A model generated the notes under the pieces. It was not told the DNA's origin, did no database searches, and saw only the letters and a program-made list of their open reading frames with translations. A stretch of 64,000 nucleotides of DNA. Source: an uncultured Candidatus Saccharibacteria bacterium. Lineage in GTDB: Bacteria; Patescibacteriota; Saccharimonadia; Saccharimonadales; CAZWFS01. The stretch spans positions 3,063 through 67,062 of the forward strand of contig CAZWFS010000001.1 in the NCBI GenBank assembly GCA_964633325.1. The letters are read 5' to 3'. The first letter of the stretch is position 1. Each line of letters opens with the position of its first letter. The position numbers were made by a program, and so were the translations under genes. This document shows, in pieces, positions 9,282 to 19,478 of this stretch.

Positions 9282-10232
9282 ATGAATTCCTTGAGGGAAA
9301 AAGCTACTATTATTGGCGTTCCGCTGGATCTAGGAGCTGAGAATTTGGGGGTGGACGTGGGGCCGGATGCCTTCCGGTATCAGAAAATCGTCGAGAAGCT
9401 GGAGGGCGCAGGACTGATGATAAGTGATGCCGGCAATGTGGTTTGTGCGGAGCGAAGCACCATAAAAGTAGGCAATCCGAAGCTTCGCTACATGGAAGAA
9501 ATTGTCCGGATATCTGAAGAGGTATCGCACATGAGCGAATCGGCAATAACCAAAGGTGAGCGAGTAATTGCGCTGGGCGGCGACCATTCAATATGTTTAG
9601 GCGTTGTCTCCGGAGCTTCGGCGGCATTAAAGGGTGATCTGGGGCTGATTTATTTGGATGCCCACGGGGACTCCAATACACCGGAAACTACTTTGTCGGG
9701 CAATATCCACGGCATGCACTTAGCTTCCCTGCTCGGATATGGCGCTCCGGAACTGACTCATATACACAGCGAATCAGCCAAAATCACGAAAGAAAATCTG
9801 CTACACATAGGTGGCAGTGACTTCGATGATGCCGAATGGGAATTCATGCAGCGCGAGGGCTTCCCGATGTTCACCATGTTCGACCTGCTTTCAAAAAATC
9901 TTTCACCGCTATTAAAGATGATTGACGACCTTAGCAGCCGGGTCGGAAACGTTTGGGTCAGTTTGGATCTGGACGTTATCGACAGCGTCTACGCCCCGGG
10001 CGCCGGCATTCCTAATCAAGGTGGCTTGGCCTACCGAGAAATAGCCCTGATTGCCAACTACATAGGTGAACACTGCAACGTGGTAGGCGTAGATGTGGTT
10101 GAATACAACCCCCTCCAAGATATCAATCGTAAAACAGCCGAACTTGGCATAGAGCTAATCGCTAAATTATTAGGCACCAACTATAGCTGGTACACCACCT
10201 ACATGGGTCACAATCAAGTTTCTGAGTCTTAG
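9282..10232 (+). CDS. rocF: arginase
   Basis: GGDHS, DAHGD, GNIHGM, SLDLDVID, VEYNP motifs. Confidence 0.9.
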   Translation: MNSLREKATIIGVPLDLGAENLGVDVGPDAFRYQKIVEKLEGAGLMISDAGNVVCAERSTIKVGNPKLRYMEEIVRISEEVSHMSESAITKGERVIALGGDHSICLGVVSGASAALKGDLGLIYLDAHGDSNTPETTLSGNIHGMHLASLLGYGAPELTHIHSESAKITKENLLHIGGSDFDDAEWEFMQREGFPMFTMFDLLSKNLSPLLKMIDDLSSRVGNVWVSLDLDVIDSVYAPGAGIPNQGGLAYREIALIANYIGEHCNVVGVDVVEYNPLQDINRKTAELGIELIAKLLGTNYSWYTTYMGHNQVSES

Positions 10233-10999
10233 GCTGCCAGCTTCTCTGAAACCTTAGGATCATGAGCCACAATGTCATACACAACCCCTAACTGGGCGTC
10301 CATTTGGGGTGTCCACTGCCCTTTACCAAAGTCAATGCAGTAAATTTCAAGAGTTTCAGGATTAACCAGTAGATTAGGAGAAGACTGAAAGCCGTTAACT
10401 AAATGCTTATAGCTAAGGGTCTCGGGGCCAGCATCTTTATTATCTCTTACAAAATTTGAGAATTCGCCTAAATCAAGTGAATTCTCAACCAAAAACTCAT
10501 CACCCTGTCCTTCTACGATGTCCTTAGCACGAGCTAAAACTTGGTGCATTATTTGTAAGCGAGTAACTAAACCATAGATGTTACCCCTGAGTATGTCCGA
10601 GTTTCGTTGCTCGGTAGTTAACTCAGAAAGCATAAAGCGAGGCAATCTCTCCTGTAATGTATAGGATTTTATGGTATCCTGGCCCCCGCTCTGCATGTTA
10701 CCTACTACAAATGCGCTATTAGGCACATAATCGCCAAGGAATCGCTTCAGCAATTCGTACTTTGCTTTCTTGTATTTTGCATCAGCAAAAGCTGCCTCAG
10801 GAGAAAATTTTTCACGTCGGCGCGGTTTATTGCTCGCTTTAATGACAGCCTCGCCTACATACCGCGGAAACTCATCGGCATACTCAGCCCCTGCGGCTTG
10901 CTCATGACGGAATTCATAGACTTTGTTGTCTTTGCCAGAGCCAATCTTCCGCCCAATTGGGTAACGAAAAGGTCCGTGTATTTCGCGATATTGAGACAT
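10229..10999 (-). CDS. atypical protein-kinase-like fold protein
   Basis: IGSGKDNKVY Gly loop, AVIK, NLLV...IDFG. Confidence 0.55.
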   Translation of the reverse strand: MSQYREIHGPFRYPIGRKIGSGKDNKVYEFRHEQAAGAEYADEFPRYVGEAVIKASNKPRRREKFSPEAAFADAKYKKAKYELLKRFLGDYVPNSAFVVGNMQSGGQDTIKSYTLQERLPRFMLSELTTEQRNSDILRGNIYGLVTRLQIMHQVLARAKDIVEGQGDEFLVENSLDLGEFSNFVRDNKDAGPETLSYKHLVNGFQSSPNLLVNPETLEIYCIDFGKGQWTPQMDAQLGVVYDIVAHDPKVSEKLAA

Positions 11000-11068
11000 A
11001 ATTTTATTTTTAAGGTTAGCTTTTCTATTAATTAACAGTGACAATATACCATAATACTATTTAATTGT

Positions 11069-12379
11069 CTAGTTAAGTTTGCGCGCTCGGCTGGATAGCT
11101 TTTGGCGGGCAGTGGCGATTTCGTCCCAGGGGTGTTCACCTGTAGCGTCTTCTTGGGTTTTTTCGTGCCCTTTGCCCAGCAAAAGGACGACGTCGCCTTT
11201 TTGGGCCCTGTTGACTGCAAATTGAATTGCCTCGCTCCGGTCATGTATCAAAAACAGATCCTTATCCCGAATTTTGCCGGCTTTTTCGGCTCCCACCGCA
11301 ATGTCGTTCAAAATAGTGCCCGGATCCTCCTGACGGTCATCTTCCTGGCAAAGCACCACTTCATCGGCGTACTTGCCGGCAATCTCGCCCTGCAGGGGCC
11401 GCTTGCCTTTATCACCGCCGCCGAGCGAGCCAAACAACACGATGATTTTGCCCTGGACAATTGGCCGCAGATCCGCAAATAATTTTTCAAAGCTATCAGG
11501 GCTGTGAGCGTAATCGACAATTACGTCGAAGTCCTGACCTTCGTCAATTTTAGTCATACGGCCTTCTACGCTATCTAGCGCCGTTATCCCCTTTTCAATC
11601 TGTTCTTTTGTTAGACCCAAGGCGCGTCCCACGCAGACTGCAGCCAATGAATTATCAATATTGAAGCTGCCCGGCAGGCGGCATTCAATTTGGTATTCCT
11701 CATCACCCGCCTTAGCCAGATAACTGCTCCCGCCGGGGCTTAGCTTAACGTTAATTGCCCTAACATCACCTTTGGTCTGGCCATATAAAATCGGGTTGGC
11801 AATGGCGGCTGCGAACACTTGGGCGTTTGGATCCTCGGCGTTAATAATTCCTGCCTGTAAACCCTTTTTATTACGATTTGCTAGTATAAACAGCTTCTTT
11901 TTGGCGTCGCGGTAGCGCTCGAAAGTACCATGATAGGCTAAATGCTCATGTGTCAGGTTGGTCAGGACTGCCACGGAATACGGCACGCCCCATACGCGGT
12001 TTTGAGCCAGCGCATGGCTAGTCGTCTCTAGTACTAACCACTCTACGCCCTGGCTCTTCATCCATTTGAGCCGCTGCATAAGTTCTGGAACGGTGACGTT
12101 AGTCATATGGTGCAGCTGCGGTCGGATATCCATTCCGGCACCGTAACTTACGGTACTATTGAAGCCAACCCTATAACCAGCTTCGTGTAGCATGCGGTGA
12201 ATCAAGAAAACAGTAGATGTCTTGCCGTTAGTACCAGTTACGCCAATGACTTTTAGCCCCTTGGCTGGAAACCCATTGATCGTATTGAACACTACGCCCT
12301 CTAACAGATGTCCATACGGCTCAATCTTTGGAAACAGCCCCTTAGGGATAAATTTCTTCACTAGTCTGCGAAAACCCAT
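11069..12379 (-). CDS. murE: UDP-N-acetylmuramyl-tripeptide synthetase (MurE family)
   Basis: GVTGTNGKTS, TNLTHEHL, DYAHSPD, LLGKGHE. Confidence 0.9.
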   Translation of the reverse strand: MGFRRLVKKFIPKGLFPKIEPYGHLLEGVVFNTINGFPAKGLKVIGVTGTNGKTSTVFLIHRMLHEAGYRVGFNSTVSYGAGMDIRPQLHHMTNVTVPELMQRLKWMKSQGVEWLVLETTSHALAQNRVWGVPYSVAVLTNLTHEHLAYHGTFERYRDAKKKLFILANRNKKGLQAGIINAEDPNAQVFAAAIANPILYGQTKGDVRAINVKLSPGGSSYLAKAGDEEYQIECRLPGSFNIDNSLAAVCVGRALGLTKEQIEKGITALDSVEGRMTKIDEGQDFDVIVDYAHSPDSFEKLFADLRPIVQGKIIVLFGSLGGGDKGKRPLQGEIAGKYADEVVLCQEDDRQEDPGTILNDIAVGAEKAGKIRDKDLFLIHDRSEAIQFAVNRAQKGDVVLLLGKGHEKTQEDATGEHPWDEIATARQKLSSRARKLN

Positions 12380-12470
12380 AAGCCCTAGTATAGCGGAATT
12401 TACAGTAGTCCCGCCTGCGCCCTTCACGGCAAGAGAGCAAGTCTTCTAAACCACGTCATGCGCCGTTGAC

Positions 12471-13952
12471 TTAGCCCGTGTCGCTGGTTTCCGTATGGTC
12501 TACATGTACTGGCTTCAGGTAAGCAATCCGGTGCTTGCCTGCCTGGCTCTCAGCGGTAGATTGGTCCGCTTCAATCAGCCCCTGTAAATAAGCCTGTAGC
12601 TTAGCCTGAACGGGTTCAACGAAATGGGAATGTTCCGTGCCTTTAACTTGTTTGCCATCAATCACTTGGTCAGAACTTAATTCCTCCGTCCCATTCTTGC
12701 TACTTGCGCCAGCAAGACCATGGGCAACCTCATGGGCCACCGTCAGGGCGATCCCAAGGTCGGGGGGAAGCGGGTCGCCAGTCGTTGTCCTACTAGTGCC
12801 GCTATCTAACACAACTAAAAATTGATTATTGGTAGGCTCGTGGGGTTCCGCGGCGCGTACGTTGATACCTATTGCGCTACATTGTTGCCGCTCAGGAGGC
12901 CGGACAAGAACTTTATCTACACCTGGGGTTTCAGAGTCAACAAGGCACAGCCGTTCGTCCGATACTAACACCAGGCTTAGCCTCAGGTTCAACTGGCCCC
13001 GCATAGCCTTTTGCCGCATCACGGCGATGTCACTAGTTATAGGGTTACCTTCAAGTGTCGCGCCAATATCTAGGACTTTGGTTATCAGGACGTCCAGGGC
13101 CCGAGGATCAATCTCCAGCGGTTCAGTTTTGTCATCAAGTTTACTGGTATAAATATTGAACATAATGCCTTGAGAGGTCCGGACGGCCATATTGAATTCT
13201 GCTTGATAATGCTCTAGTTGGCTTTTGACTACGGCTTCGTCGCGTTCAATATTTTCTAATCCACTATTTTGCTGCTCAAGTTGAGCGGTCTCAGCTATCG
13301 TGGCGTCGATCCGGCTCCTGATATCATCATACTTTCGGACAGCCTCGGGCAGCTCCCATATATAGTCGCGGCTGTATCTGACATCAGTCAGCTCAGCAGT
13401 CAGTTTAGCTTCTAGCGATCGGGCTGCTGCAAGCGCGGCCCGTTGGTCAATAGCAAAGGAAGTTACCTCAAAGGGATGATTCTGAACCACCACATCGGCC
13501 TGGTCATATAATCGTTGCTCCTCGGATGTTGCGGGCATCAGCTCCTCTTGCTGGCTGTCAACTATTTCCGGGGGGATATGATTATGGTGTTCGGCGCCTT
13601 GTGGGGCATCATGCCTAAGCGCTCCAGTACCTTCATACACTGCGCCTCCTAGCACCCCTAAGTGAGCCACCGCCAGCATCCCGAGAGCCATAGCCTTCCT
13701 CCCCCAACCAGGACGTCGTTGTTCAACAGCGTCAAAGGCATCTGCCACCCAATCGACACCACTTTGCACTTTCCGGGATAGCCAGTTACCCTGAAGGTCG
13801 ACTGGCGGCCATGAAGCAGCTTCCGCATGAGTAGGATCCACTTCCTCCACCCATAGGCCAGCGAAAGGATCTGGCTCGTTCCAAGACATACCGTCATATA
13901 CTAAAGGCGGACTGGGTTCGGGAGGCGTTGGTAATTTAGGATGAGATGTCAT
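12471..13952 (-). CDS. membrane-anchored protein with coiled coil and HExxH zincin-like motif
   Basis: TM near residues 87-105; AHEVAHG near the C-terminus. Confidence 0.6.
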   Translation of the reverse strand: MTSHPKLPTPPEPSPPLVYDGMSWNEPDPFAGLWVEEVDPTHAEAASWPPVDLQGNWLSRKVQSGVDWVADAFDAVEQRRPGWGRKAMALGMLAVAHLGVLGGAVYEGTGALRHDAPQGAEHHNHIPPEIVDSQQEELMPATSEEQRLYDQADVVVQNHPFEVTSFAIDQRAALAAARSLEAKLTAELTDVRYSRDYIWELPEAVRKYDDIRSRIDATIAETAQLEQQNSGLENIERDEAVVKSQLEHYQAEFNMAVRTSQGIMFNIYTSKLDDKTEPLEIDPRALDVLITKVLDIGATLEGNPITSDIAVMRQKAMRGQLNLRLSLVLVSDERLCLVDSETPGVDKVLVRPPERQQCSAIGINVRAAEPHEPTNNQFLVVLDSGTSRTTTGDPLPPDLGIALTVAHEVAHGLAGASSKNGTEELSSDQVIDGKQVKGTEHSHFVEPVQAKLQAYLQGLIEADQSTAESQAGKHRIAYLKPVHVDHTETSDTG

Positions 13953-14015
13953 TGTATAATAGTTTGTTTTTTATAGTACTTATAAACATTAGCATATTAT
14001 TGACATAAAGGCAAT

Positions 14016-15092
14016 ATGAAAATTTTGGGAATTGAGACGAGTTGTGACGAAACGGCAGTGGCAGTGGTGGAGGACGGTTGCCGCTTACTATCTAATGCCG
14101 TGCTTTCCAGTATGGATTTGCATGCAGTTTATGGTGGGGTGGTGCCGGAGATTGCCGCCCGCAGCCATATAGAATCGATAATCCCAGTAATCAAACAAGC
14201 CCTGGAGGAGGCACGGTGCGAATGGGGTGATGTTGATGGCATTGCCGTTACTTATGGCGCTGGACTAGGTGGTTCCCTGCTCATTGGGGTGCTAGCCGCC
14301 CGCACTTTGGCAATTATCAAAGATAAGCCGCTTTATGCGATAAATCATGTCGAAGGCCACGTATACGCCAATTTCATTACTGAGTACAGAGCTGAGAGTA
14401 CAGAGCTGAGAGATTATCATTTGCCGCCTGCCGCGCCGGCATTTCCGATGCTGGCCTTAATTGTCTCCGGGGGACACAGCCAGCTGGCGCTGTTTAGGAA
14501 CCATTTTGACTACACTTTGCTAGGACAGACGCAGGATGACGCCATCGGCGAGGCTTTTGACAAGGTAGCAAAAATCCTAGGACTCCCCTACCCTGGCGGG
14601 CCAAGCGTGGGCAAAAAAGCTTTGGAGGGCAACCCGCGCACTTTCACCTTACCGAAAGCCAAGATGACGGGTAAATACGATTTCTCATTCAGCGGGTTAA
14701 AGACAGCCGTTTTAAGGCTCTGTCAACAACAGATTGGGGAAGATTACGCATTTCCCTCTTCCGGGCTGCCAGAACGGCTCTCTGAGACCCAGAAGGCCGA
14801 TATTGCCGCCAGCTTCCAGCGCGTGGCCATTGAAACGGTCGTAGATAAGACGCTTCTAGCCTATAAAGAGTTCCAGCCGGCCAGCGTCGTTATTGCAGGA
14901 GGGGTGGCCGCTAGCCCAGAACTGCGTCGCCAGTTAAGCGAAAGGCTCCCCTGCCCTATAAACTATACCGACCCAAAACTCTGCACCGACAACGGCGCTA
15001 TGATTGCCGCCCTGGGCTGCTTCAAGATGAAGCATGGCCAACCAGCTGTCGACCCTTATTCGCTCGATATTGCACCGAATTTATCAATGTAA
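14016..15092 (+). CDS. tsaD: tRNA N6-threonylcarbamoyltransferase TsaD
   Basis: GIETSCDET, HVEGH, SGGHS, GEAFDK, DNGAMI. Confidence 0.98.
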   Translation: MKILGIETSCDETAVAVVEDGCRLLSNAVLSSMDLHAVYGGVVPEIAARSHIESIIPVIKQALEEARCEWGDVDGIAVTYGAGLGGSLLIGVLAARTLAIIKDKPLYAINHVEGHVYANFITEYRAESTELRDYHLPPAAPAFPMLALIVSGGHSQLALFRNHFDYTLLGQTQDDAIGEAFDKVAKILGLPYPGGPSVGKKALEGNPRTFTLPKAKMTGKYDFSFSGLKTAVLRLCQQQIGEDYAFPSSGLPERLSETQKADIAASFQRVAIETVVDKTLLAYKEFQPASVVIAGGVAASPELRRQLSERLPCPINYTDPKLCTDNGAMIAALGCFKMKHGQPAVDPYSLDIAPNLSM

Positions 15093-15096
15093 AAGC

Positions 15097-15444
15097 TTAG
15101 GCTGATAACCGAGCTTGTGCATCCTGAACCAGTATTGCGAGAATCTCATCAGGATGCCTTGGCACCTGGGGTGTACCCACGCCAATAGACCTATTTATTT
15201 CCGCCATTTCAGGAGTTAAGTCATCAGGTGTACCGATAAAAGCAACCACCTGCCTTCCCAGCATTCGTGACGCTTCCCAGCTTATAGCATCTAGAGGATT
15301 CGGTAGCTCAGGATCATAACGGTAACGAGGTGGGCGCACTACCTGTCTACGAGGTAGTTCTGCATAAAGTATTGGATCTGATTCTGTGCCAAATGCAGAT
15401 TTCATAATTGCAGGTATGGTAACACAGCATAAGCTATATGTCAA
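15097..15444 (-). CDS. hypothetical protein (start uncertain)
   Basis: ORF track only. Confidence 0.45.
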   Translation of the reverse strand: MTYSLCCVTIPAIMKSAFGTESDPILYAELPRRQVVRPPRYRYDPELPNPLDAISWEASRMLGRQVVAFIGTPDDLTPEMAEINRSIGVGTPQVPRHPDEILAILVQDAQARLSA

Positions 15445-15756
15445 CTATTGCATTAAACAATTAAATAGGTTATACTTGGTAGGAAAACAAAAATGTTCGA
15501 GACCTGTCCGTCTAAGTCGGATCGTACCTTGAAGATAAAATGACAGTTTGGCAAAAGCAGAGTGGACTTTCACGTGAAAGTTTAGTTTATTGTTGCCAAA
15601 TTTCATGTGAAATCTTATCTGTTTAACAGAAGCTTAGGTAGTCTGGCTATGTTACGGCTTAAGAAGCAGCTATTTTATGTAGTGCGTTGACCCAAGAAGT
15701 CATAGAATCCTTAACAGATTGCTATCAGGTCGGCATCCTCTGTATAATGAACCTCC

Positions 15757-18351
15757 ATGACAACTGACAAACAGGGAAGTCGGGATTCTAGCAGCATGAA
15801 GCTGCCGAAAGTCTACGAACCCGCCCAGTACGAATCCGACATTTACGCCCTTTGGGAGAAAAGTGGAGCTTTCAAACCTCAGGGTAACGGCCAGCCCTTT
15901 TGTATTATCATGCCGCCGCCGAACGCTAACGGCTCGCTCCACTGTGGACACGCTATCGGATATACATTGACGGACGTAATCATCAGGTATAAACGAATGC
16001 AGGGCTTTAAAACACTATGGCTGCCAGGGACGGATCATGCTGGAATCGAGACGCAGTTCGTCTATGAACGCGATATTTTGGGTCCGGAAGGGAAAACCAG
16101 GTTAGACTTCACGCCTGACGAGTTCTTCCAAGATGTCATGGAATTTACGCTTGCCCGACAGGTTAAAATTTTAAGTCAGTTCCGCAGTATGGGATTCAGC
16201 CCTGACTGGAGCAGGCTGAAGTTTACTCTTGATCAAGACGTTATCGATGTTGTCTATGAAACGTTCAAACGCTTACATAATGACGGACATGTTTACAGGG
16301 GTAACCGTATCGTTAATTGGTGTCCCCGTTGTAGCGCTGCATTCGCCGATATCGAGCTAGAGCATAGGGAACAAGAGGATGCCATGTACACCCTAGATTA
16401 TGGTTCCGTACAGGTAGCTACGGTGCGTCCTGAGACTATCTTTGGCGATGTCGCCGTAGCCGTTCACCCCAAAGATGAGCGTTATAAAGATCTGAAGGGA
16501 AGGGAAGCGGTAATCCCACTAGTAGACCGCCCCATACCTATCATTACCGATGATTACGTAGACCTAAAAACTGGTACGGGAGCCTTGAAAATCACCCCAG
16601 GCCACGATCCGCATGATTATGATATTGGCCAGCGCCATAAATTACCGGAGATCTCTGTTATTGATAATGGGGGGTTAATGATTAACGTGCCGGAGGAATA
16701 CAGAGGCCTGAACGCTCAAACAGCCCGCAAAAAAGTGGTCGAGGATCTCAAAAAGGCGGGAAAACTGATGGGTACGCAACCTCTAGTCCACCAAGTTGCT
16801 GTCCACGACCGCTGCGGCACAACGATCGAACCACTAATCTCTGAGCAATGGTTCCTGCGCGTGAAAGAACTCAATAAGCCAGTTATCAAAGCGCTTAACG
16901 GCGAGGACGTCCGTATATTTCCAAAACGTTTTAAGAAAGTTGCACTTAACTGGTTGGAGCAAGAGCATGACTGGTGCGTAAGCCGGGACAGCTGTTGGTG
17001 GGGCATCCGCATGCCGGTTTACTACAGAATTTCTCACGACAGCAAAAAAGAACCTTACATAATAGCTAACAATGAGGATGAGGCGGCCGACTACTACGGC
17101 GCAGGGAACTATCAGGCGGAAACGGCGACGTTTGACACTTGGTTTTCCTCTGGGCAGTGGCCTTACGCCACGCTTATGAACACCGAAAAAGACGATTTTG
17201 CTACTTTTTACCCCACTGCCCTCATGGGAACGGCACGTGAAATCCTACACAAGTGGGTAACACGAATGGTCATGTTCGGCCTTTATAGGACTGGCCAGGT
17301 ACCGTTCAAGAACGTCTACTTGTGGGGGCTCGTAACAGATGAGCACGGGAAGAAAATGAGTAAAAGCAAGGGCAATGTAGTCGATCCGCTCAAGATGACG
17401 GATCTGTACGGTACCGACGCCTTACGGCTCGCAGGAGCCATAAGCAATACGGCCGGTTCCGATTCTCCATTGAGCGAAAAGCGTGTGGAAGCGATGCGAA
17501 ATTTCTGCAACAAACTATGGAACATCGCGCGGTATATCGAGGATAAGCTCGGCGCGGATTTCAGTACTGGAGCCCATCCAATACCAAAAACCATAGCCGA
17601 TCATTGGATGTTGAGTAATTTACAACAAGCGACAGAGAAAACCTCGGCGGAATTGAATGATTACCGATTGAATGAAGCGGCGAACGCCGTCTATCACTTG
17701 ATGTGGGATGATTTTGCTGATTGGTACATCGAGGCTTCCAAACAGGAATTGAACGCTAGCATGTTGGCTTATGGGCTGGAAACTATACTGAAGCTAGCGC
17801 ACCCCTTTGCCCCATTTGTGACTGAGACTATTTGGCAGACCCTGAACCAAGAAAACGATAGTTTATTGATTACCTCTAGTTGGCCGAAAGTACCGGGTGG
17901 CGACGCTAAAGCGGCACAGGAGTTCGAGGAGATTAAAAAAATTGTGGGTGAAATCCGCTACATACGTGGCGCGCTAAAGGCTCACAACTTGCACCTTTAT
18001 CACACCAGTGAGCCTTTTTTGCAGAAACATAGCGAGCTAATAGCCCATTTGGCTGGCTTGGAGTCGGTACAAGAAGTTAGAGATGGAACGGGGTTGCACC
18101 TTACCCAAACAAAGTACCGCTGCTGGCTGGACGTCGAGCAAGAAGCGGTCCAGCACTACGTAACTGAGCTGCATGGGAATATGACTGGCCAAGAAAAAGT
18201 AGTAGCACAGCTAAAAGGACGGCTGGAGAACAAAGATTATATTAAACGGGCGCCCAAGAAAATTGTCGAAGAGACTCGGCAGCAGCTAATTGAGGCCGAG
18301 ACCTTACTTAGCAAGCTTAACGAAGAATCCCAGCGGTTCAGCAGTAACTAG
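15757..18351 (+). CDS. valS: valine--tRNA ligase
   Basis: PPPNANGSLHCGH, KMSKS, C-terminal coiled coil. Confidence 0.98.
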   Translation: MTTDKQGSRDSSSMKLPKVYEPAQYESDIYALWEKSGAFKPQGNGQPFCIIMPPPNANGSLHCGHAIGYTLTDVIIRYKRMQGFKTLWLPGTDHAGIETQFVYERDILGPEGKTRLDFTPDEFFQDVMEFTLARQVKILSQFRSMGFSPDWSRLKFTLDQDVIDVVYETFKRLHNDGHVYRGNRIVNWCPRCSAAFADIELEHREQEDAMYTLDYGSVQVATVRPETIFGDVAVAVHPKDERYKDLKGREAVIPLVDRPIPIITDDYVDLKTGTGALKITPGHDPHDYDIGQRHKLPEISVIDNGGLMINVPEEYRGLNAQTARKKVVEDLKKAGKLMGTQPLVHQVAVHDRCGTTIEPLISEQWFLRVKELNKPVIKALNGEDVRIFPKRFKKVALNWLEQEHDWCVSRDSCWWGIRMPVYYRISHDSKKEPYIIANNEDEAADYYGAGNYQAETATFDTWFSSGQWPYATLMNTEKDDFATFYPTALMGTAREILHKWVTRMVMFGLYRTGQVPFKNVYLWGLVTDEHGKKMSKSKGNVVDPLKMTDLYGTDALRLAGAISNTAGSDSPLSEKRVEAMRNFCNKLWNIARYIEDKLGADFSTGAHPIPKTIADHWMLSNLQQATEKTSAELNDYRLNEAANAVYHLMWDDFADWYIEASKQELNASMLAYGLETILKLAHPFAPFVTETIWQTLNQENDSLLITSSWPKVPGGDAKAAQEFEEIKKIVGEIRYIRGALKAHNLHLYHTSEPFLQKHSELIAHLAGLESVQEVRDGTGLHLTQTKYRCWLDVEQEAVQHYVTELHGNMTGQEKVVAQLKGRLENKDYIKRAPKKIVEETRQQLIEAETLLSKLNEESQRFSSN

Positions 18352-19190
18352 CCAGCCGGTTCAAGAGAGCTGCGGACGCGTTCGATGCTTTCGGCCACCC
18401 GGTAATCATCAAACCACAGGACGTGCCACCCCAGCTTCTCGGCTGCCATCAGATTAGCTCTAGAATCATCCACCAATAGAATCTCGGCCGGTGGGCAACC
18501 GGCTTTAGCTGCCGCTACCTCATAAATTTTGGTTTCCGGTTTGATGGCACCGACCTCCGAAGAATCAATTATTACATCATAGGGTATATCCGGCAAAAAG
18601 TTCTTGGCTACCATGGCCTTGATCTGTCCGGGCATTATATTACTTAGCAAACCAACCTGGTAATTTTCAGCTGCCCACCGGATTGTTTCCTGCATTTCCT
18701 CTATAGGATCAATAGCATCCAAATAGTAATCTTGCCAGTTAAGGTCTGCCACGTTTAGACGTTCCGCTAGCACGCGGTTGAATTCATCTGTACCTAGTTC
18801 TCCCCGACAGACGGCATCATTGTAATGCCAGAAAGTTGTCTCTATAAGGTCGGCAGGCGCACCCGTATCTTCGGCTATGCGCGTAAAGGCCCGGTGAAAG
18901 AAACGTACCAGGCAGCCATTAACGTCAAAGTAGGCAAAGCGAACCCCACTTTTGGAGACTTTCAAGTCGCGGCTTGAGGCGACAACCTCGCCAAGCAAGT
19001 CGCCCATGGACAGCCCTAGGGCGGCAGCAATGTTTTGAATTGTGAATATTGACGGAGCTTTGATGGCACCGCGTTCTATCTTGGCCAGAGTAGAATAACT
19101 GAGGTTGGCCTTATGGCAAAGGGTTTGCTGCGTCAAACCGGCCGCCTGTCTAGCCTCCTGCAGGCGTTTGCCCAACCCCTTTTCATCCAT
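18348..19190 (-). CDS. XRE-family HTH fused to a HAD-family phosphatase
   Basis: LTQQTLC...YSTLAKIERG HTH; FDVNG, LLSN, KPE, VDD HAD motifs. Confidence 0.85.
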   Translation of the reverse strand: MDEKGLGKRLQEARQAAGLTQQTLCHKANLSYSTLAKIERGAIKAPSIFTIQNIAAALGLSMGDLLGEVVASSRDLKVSKSGVRFAYFDVNGCLVRFFHRAFTRIAEDTGAPADLIETTFWHYNDAVCRGELGTDEFNRVLAERLNVADLNWQDYYLDAIDPIEEMQETIRWAAENYQVGLLSNIMPGQIKAMVAKNFLPDIPYDVIIDSSEVGAIKPETKIYEVAAAKAGCPPAEILLVDDSRANLMAAEKLGWHVLWFDDYRVAESIERVRSSLEPAG

Positions 19191-19292
19191 AGACCATATC
19201 GTACCAATTAACGGCGGAAAATGGAAGAGAAACTAGTACTAAATGGCTAGCGATACCAAAGTCTGGGGCTACCAAATAAGTGCTGTGTCCTG

Positions 19293-19466
19293 TTAAAAGA
19301 TGGCTTTGAGGATAGCCAGAACCACAAGGAATAATAAAAGGCCTGAACCGCCAGCTACCACTAAAGAACTGGTATTATTGCCTCCCGTAGACCGGTACAC
19401 CTTGGAATATATCCACGTCCCAGCCCCTATGGCAAAAAGAAATGCAACAGTTATGTCAGAGAACAT
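19293..19466 (-). CDS. small two-TM membrane protein, 57 aa (below the ORF-track cutoff)
   Basis: MFSDITVAFLFAIGAGTWIYSKVYRSTGGNNTSSLVVAGGSGLLLFLVVLAILKAIF; TACAAT 6 nt upstream. Confidence 0.7.
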   Translation of the reverse strand: MFSDITVAFLFAIGAGTWIYSKVYRSTGGNNTSSLVVAGGSGLLLFLVVLAILKAIF

Positions 19467-19478
19467 AACCGTATTGTA

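Noticed and set aside
15493-15543. Short ORF MFETCPSKSDRTLKIK upstream of valS as a possible attenuator
   Set aside because: No Val codons and no terminator/antiterminator pair
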